This document shows positions 1 through 10,700 of a stretch of DNA of 64,000 nt, piece by piece. Each line of letters begins with the position of its first letter. Positions within the stretch are counted from its first letter, which is position 1. Source of the stretch: Octopus bimaculoides (taxonomy: Eukaryota); NCBI RefSeq assembly GCF_001194135.2, contig NC_069000.1, forward strand, positions 44,881,916 to 44,945,915, in the 5' to 3' direction. The position numbers were made by a program, and so were the translations under genes. The notes under the pieces were generated by a model, which saw only the letters and a list, made by a program, of their open reading frames with translations, was not told the origin of the DNA and made no database searches.

Positions 1-269
1 CATGTATGTTTGTAGCCAACTGCTGGAGTTCTGCAGAATTTTATATTCATTTTATAAACTCTTGGAGTCTGTTGTAAGTGTTTCAATTAAATCTTTATCC
101 AAAACCAAAAGTTTTGTCTTCTTTGTTTCAAAACCAGGGCTGCAATTAGAACCCAGTATCTTGTCAATGTGAAACATTGTTTATTCCACTCAACCAGAAA
201 TCATCAAGAAAAACAAACAAAACACAAAACTGAAACCAAAATAAATAAATAAATAAAAAAAAACCCTAC

Positions 270-332
270 CTTTCGTATTCGTTCTGTCCAGAGATAAAGA
301 TTTGCTTCACTCACAGAGAAACGGTTCCACAC
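270..332 (-). CDS. TMEM209: TMEM209 exon (VWNRFSVSEANLYLWTERIRK)
   Basis: TTCCAG acceptor, GTAGGG donor, 63 nt, phase 0 to 0. Confidence 0.8.
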
Positions 333-2563
333 CTGGAATTAACCAAAGGTAAAAAAATCATCAAAAAGTTGAAATAAATAAATGCAACATAAAATTTGTA
401 ATGCCAAGAGGTGAGCCACCATCCCATGGGTCCTTAACTCCTTTATGGACTCGTACAGGCACCGTTGTGGCATACAACATGTTTTGGGCATTTTAGACCT
501 GGTGGTGCCCATTACACTCTTCAGACCTGACCACAAATGGTTTCTTCCAGAAGAAGAGAAAGAGAGACAGAAAGAAAGAGTTGGAGAATGGGAAGAATTG
601 ACCCCCACCCTTGGCCCAAATACAAGACTAGTCCTTAGTTGACCAACCCCAAAAGGATGAAGGACAAAGTTAAAAGTTGATCTTACCTCGTTACCAGTGT
701 ACGAAAAAACATCTTGGGTTGTGTCTCTGGTGGTAGTCGAAGACTGCGGAGTACGAGTGGCCACCTGGTACTGGTATTTACGCAGGACACAAGTATTGTC
801 GCTGGCTGAGCGACCGTAGTTCCAGAATGATGTGCTGCTACTTGACAGGGTCTCCGGAGAACCTAGAAATTTATGGTCAATGCAGAACATTAAATATTAC
901 AGGAGGGTAACAGCAGAGAAGGAGGAGAGAGTTACAAGTGGATAAGGGAGTGGTAGATAGACGTGTATCAAATAGAGAAGGGATTCTCAAACTGGGGTAC
1001 GCAAGAGAAAAGGAATGGTCATGTAGGATGTAAGTCTGCTTCATAACCACATGGTTTCAGGTTCAGTCCTGCTACATGACACCTTGGGTAAGTGTCTTCT
1101 GCTATAGCCTTGAGCCACCCAAGACCGGACCTGAAACCATGTGGTTATGAAGCAAATATCATCCTACATAGGCATTACTTTGCCCTTACTCCATAATTTC
1201 TCTTGCATACCCCAGTTTTATAACCCATTCTTTATTTGATACATGTCTATCTACAACTCCCTTATCTATCTGCAACTCTCTCCCCTTCTCTGTGAGTGGA
1301 GCCTGTGGCACGTAAAAAGCACCCACTACACTCTCAGAGGGGTTGGCATTAGGTTGACCTCAGTCATCACCACCAAGCCGAGAGAACCTCTAACTGCCAA
1401 CCCCAGTCAATCAAGCTTCTCTAAAACAGTTTTACAAAGGCAGCAAATCCAGAACATTCCACAACTTTGTTACTTACTCAGTTGACTTCTGCTCTCTTTT
1501 TGTTCTTCTTCTCGTAAATATTGACTCAATGCCTTCAAGTCAGTGATTTGTTCAAACGGATTATCTTAACAAACATAAAAAAAAAATGGGGAAACAAACA
1601 TAAATAACCAAAAACAAAAACAAAAATAAATAATGAGTGATGGCTGTGGAATTCACAATTTAAATATTTCTAACTTTGGGTTTAGAATGAAATCAATCAA
1701 CCATGACCCATCTGCACAATATTATTATTAGTTCAACCCTTAAGGCAGTGAGCTGGCAGAATTGTTAACACACTGCGCAAAATGCTTAGTGGTGTTTCAT
1801 CCATCTTCATGTTGAGTTCAAATTCCGCGAAGGTCGACTTTCCTTTTCATCCATTCAGGGTCGATAAAATAAGTACCAGTTAAGCACTGGGGTCAATGTA
1901 ACTGACTATCCCCCGCTCTCTTGAAATTGCTGGCCTTGTGCCAAAATTTGAAATTATTAGGTCTGTCCATCGTGTTTTTGAAGATGACCAGGTTTATCAG
2001 TCTTACACTTTGTGGGTTCAGAGGTGGCTTATTAGGACAATATTGGCACAAAATCCACAATTGTAATGGGGGCATGTCAGAGCAGAGTCAAGGCCTGGCA
2101 GGAAACTTGCTTTCCGTGCAGCCCTCAACTCCCGAGCTTTTCTGGTCATAATGAACCCTGAGTGCTGTGCTCCAAGGCACAATGCCACAGCAAAAAAAAA
2201 AAAAAAANNNNNNNNNNNNNNNNNNNNNNNNNNNNNNNNNNNNNNNNNNNNNNNNNNNNNNNNNNNNNNNNNNNNNNNNNNNNNNNNNNNNNNNNNNNNN
2301 NNNNNNNNNNNNNNNNNNNNNNNNNNNNNNNNNNNNNNNNNNNNNNNNNNNNNNNNNNNNNNNNNNNNNNNNNNNNNNNNNNNNNNNNNNNNNNNNNNNN
2401 NNNNNNNNNNNNNNNNNNNNNNNNNNNNNNNNNNNNNNNNNNNNNNNNNNNNNNNNNNNNNNNNNNNNNNNNNNNNNNNNNNNNNNNNNNNNNNNNNNNN
2501 NNNNNNNNNNNNNNNNNNNNNNNNNNNNNNNNNNNNNNNNNNNNNNNNNNNNNNNNNNNNNNN

Positions 2564-2603
<40 letters not shown>

Positions 2604-5357
2604 TATGTATATACATACGTATATATGTATATATCGGTGCAGGACGTAAAAAAAACGTAAACAAACACGAGATATGAAAATAACGTTGGGCATGCAAAAA
2701 ACGAGAGAAACAAATGGAAAACAAAATAAGTAGCATAAAAAAAAATGACCCTTGGCCACAACCAAGATGTATTTACAATGCAATGTGTGTGTGTGTTTGT
2801 GTATGCATGTGCTCCTGTTTGTCTCTGACCATTTACTAACTGGTGTTGGTTTGTTTACATTTACCCATAACAGCAAAAAGAAAACTGATACAATAAACAC
2901 TGAACTTCAATAAAATAAGTATTGGCTGCAATGATATTTTCTAAACCCTTCAAGGAGGTGCTCCAGCTTGGACACATTCCAATGACAAAAACAAAAAAAG
3001 ACAAAAAAAAAATCAAACAAAAGAGCACTCACTGCACTGTCTGATGACCAGTATGTTGGTGAAGAGTGATTGCTGGAATAACTGTAGTGCAATGAACCGG
3101 AACTGACATTAGGGGTGTGACTGGAGTAAGTACTGGACATAGGGCTGTGGTACCTTGGAGATGAACCAGGAGGACTGTGAGAAGACTTACTACCAGAACC
3201 AGGTGTGTAATATATTGATGAACCAGCACCAGGTGGAGTGTGACTGCTCGAATAGCTGTGGGGCTGTGATGAGCCACTGCAATTAAACATCAGTTTGGTT
3301 GGAGTTGACGATGACACATTTGGTTTCAAAGGAGAGATTTTGAATCCAGGATCTGAAAGCAGAGATGGCGCTACTTGAAAGAAGGAATCACTTGGGTTGG
3401 AGATTAACAATTTACAATGCACTATTGCAATGGAATTGAAAAGACAAGTGCAGAAGTCCAAGAATAATATTGGAAAAGAAAACTAACTAAAAACTGACCT
3501 GTGTCATTAACTCCAAGCAAAGTCTTCTGTTTTGGGGTTAGCTCTATCTGGCTGCTCATAATATAGGGCCACATCCAACAGACTAAGTCCACCAGGGTAT
3601 TCAGACAGAACAACAAAAAGAAGACAGATTCTATAAAAAAAAAAAATTTTTTAAATCAAAACAATGAAATCACTTAAGAGTAAAAAAACTGGGTATCATT
3701 TAATAATAATAATAATCCTTTTTGCTATAGGTGCAGGCCTTGAAATTTGGGGGAGGGGATAATCAATTTCATCACACCCCTCCCACTCCCCCAGTGTTCC
3801 ACTGGTTTTTAATTTATTGATCCCAAAAGGATGAAAGGCAAAGTTGACCTCAGCGAAATTCAAACCCAGAATGAAGTAGCAGACAAAATACCGCTAAGCA
3901 CTTTGCCCAACGTGCTAAGGATTCTGCTTTCTATTAGAAGGACAAGGAAGATGGTGAACCGGCAGAACCACGAGCACACTGGGCAAAATATTTGGCAGGA
4001 TTTCATCCACCTTTATGTTCTGGACTCAGATTCCACCATGGTCAACTTCAGCTTTCATCAATGCCAATGAAAGACAAATGGTGATGATGATGATGATGAT
4101 GATGCGAGTAATAAAAAAGAGGGGAACTTACCTGCATACCATAAATTAGGATAAGAAACTTCAAAATATTGTTGTATGGCAAAGTAACGTCTGTGGAAAG
4201 AAGTAAGATATTTAGTGAGAAATATCTCAACATAATAGAAACATGTCAAGATTTTTTTTTAAAGAATGTTTTATCAACAGAACAGGCAAGTAAAACAGAT
4301 TGAACTTTATCAAACTCATCTTTTGTGTTACAAGTAATTCCTGATAGGAGGGTTTGTGGAAGAGTTTGGCATTTGCTTTGCCAGAGAAAACATTATTTCT
4401 CTTCCTCACTCCCAGATAAAAAGATACAGTTTAATAACTGAAAATATTAAATTTTTCTCTCCACACAGCAAACGAATAAACCAAACTCTTCTAAAAACTC
4501 TCCTATAAATTTATTGTTCCCATAACATAGGTGCAGGTGTTGTTTAGGAGTTTGCTCCCTAACCAAGTAGAGCATGCTACCTACGTTTCTCTCCAGTCTA
4601 CACATGTCTTCTGCATTCAGAGCCCATGTCTCACTACCATGGAGTATAACCATTCATACACAAGCATCATATAGTCTACCTTTCACTCTGAGAGAGAGAG
4701 AGTCCTTTTGTTGCCAACAGAGGTAATAGCTCTCTGAACTTCCTCCACCCAATTCTTATTCTAGAAACAATACTTTCAGAGCATTCTTCACCATTGCTAA
4801 TTTGGTCACCTAGGTAACAGAAACTATCTACAACCTCAAGAGAGCCTCCTGGGCATTTAAGAGAATCTAAGTCTCATGTGCTCTTAATGCTTATTGTTCC
4901 TGCACATATGCCACATACAAAGACGACTTTATCTGTTAATCTTCTGGTGCAAAATGGATGTTGAGCACAGGAGTTGTGCAAACTAAGTTTACGCTCCACA
5001 TAGCTAGACAGGCTCAAAAGAAAAGCCGTAGTATTTAATTATTATTATTATTATTATCATTATACAAATTACATGGAAACATGTTGTAAATCATTTAGAT
5101 CAAGAGATCTACTGTTACATAATTCAACATGTGAGCAACAACTTGGTATCTTAGCAAATACAAAAATAAAACTCCTTAAGAAAACAAAAACAAGTTCATA
5201 GGAAAAATATCAAAGTGATTACTTACATATCAATATACAGAATAAATGCCAGCAGGAGATTGAAAGCAGCCCAGAACAAGGAATTTTGTGAGTATCTCCA
5301 TAGTTTCTGCTTTCTTAAGACTGCATTAATAAAGTGAGTGGCAGCTGTTCTTACCAT
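270..5357 (-). CDS. TMEM209: Transmembrane protein 209 (nuclear-envelope protein), partial. Exons 5357-5227, 4190-4132, 3630-3499, 3352-3033, [one exon missing], 1564-1478, 862-687, 332-270; continues past position 1
   Basis: Exons have GT-AG ends and consistent phases except at one junction. Peptides MVRTAATHFINAVLRKQKLWRYSQNSLFWAAFNLLLAFILYID, ESVFFLLFCLNTLVDLVCWMWPYIMSSQIELTPKQKTLLG, EQITDLKALSQYLREEEQKE, SPETLSSSSTSFWNYGRSASDNTCVLRKYQYQVATR and VWNRFSVSEANLYLWTERIRK match the recalled human TMEM209 blocks (LAWGLLN, ELALASLFSLNALFDFW, SPGQQTLLGL, MTDLRTLDTFLRSEEEK, SPTFWNYSRS..LKKFQYQLACR, EVW..DSWTAKFR). Confidence 0.9.
687..862 (-). CDS. TMEM209: TMEM209 exon (SPETLSSSSTSFWNYGRS...YTGNE)
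   Basis: TTTCTAG acceptor, GTAAGA donor, 176 nt, phase 1 to 0; FWNY and KYQYQ motifs. Confidence 0.9.
1478..1564 (-). CDS. TMEM209: TMEM209 exon (DNPFEQITDLKALSQYLREEEQKESRSQL)
   Basis: TTTGTTAAG acceptor, GTAAGT donor, 87 nt, phase 1 to 1; matches the recalled TDLRTLDTFLRSEEEK block. Confidence 0.85.
2208..2563. other. Assembly gap (N run)
   Basis: 356 N. Confidence 1.
3033..3352 (-). CDS. TMEM209: TMEM209 Ser/Pro/His/Tyr-rich low-complexity exon (DPGFKISP...WSSDSA)
   Basis: CTTTCAG acceptor, GTGAGT donor, 320 nt, phase 1 to 0; open in ORF 2907..3461. Confidence 0.8.
3499..3630 (-). CDS. TMEM209: TMEM209 exon (ESVFFLLFCLN...GVNDT)
   Basis: Poly-T-ATAG acceptor, GTCAGT donor, 132 nt, phase 1 to 1; second TM segment. 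Confidence 0.88.
4132..4190 (-). CDS. TMEM209: TMEM209 exon (RYFAIQQYFEVSYPNLWYA)
   Basis: TTTCCACAG acceptor, GTAAGT donor, 59 nt, phase 2 to 1. Confidence 0.85.
4560..5020 (-). mobile_element. Decayed RTE-clade LINE ORF2 fragment (in a TMEM209 intron)
   Basis: Minus-strand translation ...LEVVDSFCYLGDQIS...SIVSRIRIGWRKFRELLPLLATK.LSLRVKGRLYDACV*MVILHGSETWALNAEDMCRLERN, with stops and frameshifts; typical RTE post-RT region. Confidence 0.8.
5227..5357 (-). CDS. TMEM209: TMEM209 first coding exon (MVRTAA...LYID)
   Basis: Acceptor TTTTTATTTAG|AA-ATG at 5361/5360; donor GTAAGT; 131 coding nt, ending in phase 2; hydrophobic TM segment. Confidence 0.85.
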
Positions 5358-7099
5358 TTCTAAATAAAAATAACAACAGAGTTATAATCACAATAACAAT
5401 CCTTTAACCCTTTAGTATTTAAACCAACCATATCCAACTCAAATTTTATGCTTAAACCAGCCACATCCAGCCTCTTACACCTGCCCTACAATGTCATTCT
5501 AAAAATAAACAATCACATCATTGAAATATCTTGCAGCAAGACCTAATAAATTGATGCCAATTTGTCAAGTGACCATTCTTTGGATATGGTTTATTAGATG
5601 ATTAAATTGTTCCCACTGCTTGAATGATCTTGTCGTAAATGACAAGTGCAAGCATGGCTGTGTGACTGAGCAGTTGAATTCCCAATTGCATGGTTTCACG
5701 TTCAGTCCTGCTGTATGGCACCTTGCACAAATATCTTATATCATAGTTCCGTGTCAACCAAAGCCTTGTGTGTGTGCGCGCGCGCATGCATCATTATCTT
5801 GGCATCGCGTGACAGTTGTAAATGAGTGTCGGAAGTTCGTTGATCATTTTCCGTCTTCCATGAAAACATGTCCAGCCATGGGGCAATACTACTTAGTTTA
5901 GAAATAGGTGGGTGTTGGTGAAAAGAAGTGCATCAGGCTGCAGAATGAAACAAGTTCCGTCTGACCCATGCAAACAAGGACAACTGGGCGTTACAACGAT
6001 GAAAACATGTCTGCTCGATCAGGAGTGACCTGGGGTTAAACAACAACAGTAAATGAGGATGCAGGGATAGAGAAGTGAAATAAGCAACTCTTTCCTTAGG
6101 ATTCCAAAGAACTAGAGATACTGTCAGAGCGTTTTGTTTTAGGCAACCATTCTTGTGGAATCACGAGAAGTCTTGTGACGGAGACGCTAAGAAACTTTTC
6201 GATGCTGATGTCAATAAGGAAACTGTGCAGGACATGTTGGAAGTGAAGTGATGGAATCGATTTATATTGCCTTCTATTCCTCTGTAAGACATTCTAAACG
6301 CGAATGGAATTATAACAGAAGAGAAGATATGTTCTCTGGGGGCTACATTGCCCTAATGGGTTGTACGTTAGCTCGTTCTCTGGACACATCACCAAAGCTC
6401 TCTGTTGCAAAGGTCCGAGTTTCTAACCAGAGTCTTTTACATTTAAAGAACTGCACACATACATACAAACAGTTCTTAGTTTCTGTTGTGAGCTGTACCT
6501 TGAACGATTCCAAGGGTTTTGCTTGTTTTTACTGTTTTACGGGTCACTAGTTCACCTCTTTCTGACAGTGTAACATAACGGATTGAAAGAGATACAAGCT
6601 CGACCAGTACTTGGCTGGTACTTTCGATCTTGTCATTTATCTATCGATCGATAAATAGATAAGTTTAAAAGCAATATTTGGGTATTCGTATCAGCTTAAA
6701 CTCTAAACTTTACACTATTCGGAGAGAATTAGTCATTCTTTCGGGAGAGAGAAAACAATAAAAAAATTCTAAGCTCCATTTGTATTGTTTACGAACACGT
6801 TTATTTTGTAAAGTATAATTTACCTTTATATGTTCGTATGTGTGATATCTAAGTGGAGAGACTGAATTAAAATACCAACTAGAAACTGACGAAATTATAA
6901 ACAAGTGGTTAGTAACTTCGAAACATAATGGAAAGAAAAAGAACAGAAATTGTTTTGAAAACACAATTCGAAAACATACATATAACCACATATATATACA
7001 TACACAATACAAGGGTGAGAATACATTACTTTTAACACTGTAATAAAATCTATTTTAACTTATAAATATTAGGGATTTGGTTAATAATTAAGAGAACAC

Positions 7100-7555
7100 T
7101 ACCTGGAGTTCTTTTAATTAACTGTCATCGCATTAGAATAAACCGCGTGTAGAGGGGTAACAGGAAGTGGTATTACGGAGTGAATAATTCAACACTGATT
7201 GACGCAGAAAGTGATTGACTATATAATCGATTAAATCGATTTCGTGAATTTTACTGGGTTTAATTGATTATGTCTCTCGCCAAAGAAATTTTAATAAACG
7301 CAAAGAAAATATTGTTATATCTGTTTAAATCTGAATTAAAAATTCAGATGGAAGAATCAAATTATTCACTGCAATAGTGTGATTTATTTTTAAATTTAGG
7401 CAAGATAAATTCTTTGGAAAAAAATAAAAAGACAATTTTTTCTGGGAAAAATAAAAAAGAATTTTATATCACTAACTCGTGCACACGTTTACACACACGC
7501 ACACACACAGACTGATAGACATAGATTCACACATACATATACATTAATATATGTA

Positions 7556-7600
<45 letters not shown>

Positions 7601-7691
7601 TTCGAAATCATAAACTTCGTTTCGGCGGAAGTCGGTATATTTAGAAACACTTCCTGTTGGAGCCGCTTTCAAACAAAACCGCGATTCAACG
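7100..7691. promoter_or_regulatory. Probable bidirectional promoter between TMEM209 (-) and LSM3 (+)
   Basis: Divergent genes and CpG-containing unique sequence. ETS-type CAGGAAGTG at 7161-7169 (+) and 7648-7656 (-), CGGAAGT at 7626-7632, tandem AATCGATT at 7225 and 7234, and a candidate TMEM209 non-coding exon-1 donor at 7102/7101. Confidence 0.55.
7545..7598. repeat. (AT)n microsatellite inside the divergent promoter
   Basis: Directly visible. Confidence 0.95.
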
Positions 7692-7712
7692 ATGACAGAC
7701 GAACAGGAACAG
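7692..7712 (+). CDS. LSM3: LSM3 exon 1 coding part (MTDEQEQ)
   Basis: ATG followed by 21 nt and donor GTTAGA. Confidence 0.85.
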
Positions 7713-10700
7713 GTTAGACTCCCGTTAACTTGTTAAATAAAAACAAAACGTTCGCTCGTTAATCTTTCTTTTAATAATATTATTATTATAAAATGCTAAA
7801 CAATATAAGCACACAGGCATGATAGCCATTTTCATTGCCGTAACAAACAAGAACCTCCACACGCACTTGCTCTCTATTCTGCAATGTAGGAATACACGTG
7901 TTTTGCATGTTTTTACGTTTGGTATTTTATTATTATTTGCTTTGCCTCTCTATTATTGCTCGTGTGTCGTGCGTGTTACTGACTAAGCAGTCTTTATTCG
8001 CTTATAACCTTCGGGTTTGTCGTGTTAGTCTCTGTCAAACACGGAATCAAAACCCAACCCACCAACAGACAAGTTTAAATTCACGAAATGCAAGAACTAA
8101 ATAGTCTTCCCACTGTCTGTATGTGTATATATATATATGTGTGGTAGATTGAAACTCTAAGGACCCTGTTATATTTATCGCTGTTGGCGGCGGATCTAAA
8201 CATCACCAGTTTCCCGGTGACCCTCGAACCAAGTCCCTTGTGTAGTTGTTCTGCTTCGTTTGTTTCATTGATTCTCATTTGTCCTTATCGCTGTCAGAAA
8301 TTCAGTGAATTAAAGATTGCCCCATTGGAAAAGCTGTAACCGAAAACCCTATTAAGAATATGTGTATTCCTCACAGGCACCTCTTGCCAAAAACATGCCT
8401 TTGCAATTTCTGTTCGAGCTCTTTATTTTCTCAGTTCAAATCCCAACGGGTTCGGCGTTACCTGTCGTCTTAGGGGTGTTGATAAAATAACAATCAAGTG
8501 AGTACTGGGTCTAATGTTATCGACTTTAACCCTCCCTGTCAAAATTACTAGCCTTGTCCCTGGCGGCGAGCTGGTAGAATCGTTAGCGGCGTCGGGACAA
8601 AATGCTTGGCGCTATGTCTTCTGATTCTTTACGTTCTGAGTTCAAATACAGCCGTGGTCGAATTTGCCTTTCATCTTTTGGAGGTCAGTAAAATAAGCAC
8701 CATTTGAGCACTGGGGTCGATGTAATCGATTAGCATCTCCCCCGCCCATATTTCAGCTCTTCTGCTTATAATAAAAAGGGTTATTATTTATCATGCATTA
8801 AGTTTAGTTGTTTTGAGAAGAGATGAATCTAACAGATTTTAGCCTCCGACTGAGAAAATTGTGTTGATGTTTCCGTTGAAGGAGAGGCTTCCCGAACGGG
8901 GTGTAATTTAATAGCATTGGGTAAAATCGGCTGCCCCAATGATAGATTTCCTAATTCTGAAACTGTACCCACTCCGACTGTGAATAAAACGCCCATGCTG
9001 GTGCCATGTAAAAAACACTCAATACACTCTGTAAAGTGAGTGGTGTTAGGAAGGGTATCCAGCCATAGAAACCATACCAAAATAGACAGTTGGAGCCTGG
9101 TGCAGCTCTTCAGGCTGCCAGCTTCTGTCAAACCGTCCACACCATGCCAGTATGGAAAGTGGACATTAAATGATGATGATGATGATGGTTTCTCCAGTCA
9201 CGCTCGATATCAAATAGAAAGAAAGCATGTAAAAGAGAGTTAAGCCAGAAGTGTGGGATGAGTGCTTGGAGGCAGGCAATGAGTAAAAGAATGTTGCGGA
9301 CACGCAATGAGAGAAAAAGAATCATGGAGACAGAAGAAGAGGGGTGGGGGTAAACGATAGCAGTTATGGAAGGAGTTACACAAATGAAAATTTTGCTTCA
9401 TTTCATTTTTTGAAGTTAATATTAATGTGTGTGTGTGTTGGTGCTAGCATAATTTAGATGAAATCCTTACCCATTTTTCAAGTAAGGGATCCCTTATTTC
9501 ACATATTTTCGAAGGTGCAAAGCCAGCAGATGATTGTTGAGAAGGGAAATGAAAGCAGCATCACAACTTGTGGCTCACGATATTTGAAGAAGCACAAATG
9601 TAATCATATACATACATACACAGGTACTTAGGCATAGGCTGTGTGGTAAGGAGTTTGATTCCTAACCACATGGTTTCAGGTTCAATCCCACAGCGTGGCA
9701 CCTTGGTCAGGTGTTTTTTACTGTGGTTGACCAAAGCCTTGTGAGATACACACAACGGGCTTCTTTAAGTTTTTGTCAACCAAATTCACTCAAGGCTGTA
9801 ATAGAAGACACCTGTGCATATGCATGTGTGTGTGTGTTTATAATATATGTACATGTAATATATGTAATATATGTACATGTACAAACATTTAATGAATGTA
9901 AATATATGTGTGTTTATAACTTTCCCAAAAATGCATGCTGCTGGCATGAACACCACCACATCATACTAGCTTTGGTTATTGACCTCCCCAAATGTCTAAT
10001 ATTTCTCTTTGTTGTGTTTGTTTCATTTCTGTTACCATAGCAACCGACACAGACGGTAGAAGAGCCTTTGGATTTAATTCGCCTCAGTTTAGATGAACGA
10101 ATTTACGTAAAGATGAGAAATGACCGGGAACTTCGCGGCCGACTACATGTGAGTTTGATTATTGCTAATTTCCTCGGTTAAATTTAAGAGGCAAGTGTTA
10201 TAGAGTTGTATGTAACTATTAGTAGGTATCCTCATCATCATTTAATGTCCATTTTTCCATGCTGGCATGGGTTGGATGTTATGACAGGAGCAGGCAAGTA
10301 ACAGAGATGCACCAGGCTCCAATTGTCTGTTTTGGCATGGCTTCCACAGCTGGATGCCCCTCTTAATGCCAACCACTTTACAGACTGTACTGGCTACTTT
10401 TTATGGAAAGGGGTCGCTGAGTGAGAAAAGGTTGAGTAGCTTCACGTTATATTCTTTTCTACTGTCGGCACAAGGCCCGAAATTTTGGGGAAAGGGGCCA
10501 GTCAATTAGATCGACCCCAGTATGCAACTGGTACTTAATTTATTGACCCCGAAAGGATGAAAGGCAAAGTCAACCTCGGAATTTGAACTCAGAACATAAA
10601 AACAGACAAAATATCGCTCAGCATTTCGCCTGGCGGGCTAACGGTTCTGCCAGCTCGCCTCCTTGGCTATACGTTATATTGAAACCCCAGTTAGATATTG

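Noticed and set aside
339-890. 183-aa ORF as a single-exon gene
   Set aside because: Only 862-687 is exonic (TMEM209); the rest is intron read-through.
2018-2900. ORFs spanning the N gap (also 43480-44141 and 45089-45325)
   Set aside because: They are open only because N codons contain no stops.
6248-6550. 100-aa plus-strand ORF in the presumed TMEM209 first intron
   Set aside because: No recognisable motif; its length is within chance expectation.
8081-8278. Antisense [14 protein letters not shown]... in LSM3 intron 1
   Set aside because: No recognisable homology or convincing splice sites, and it ends in a microsatellite. It lies in the CpG-rich promoter-proximal intron.
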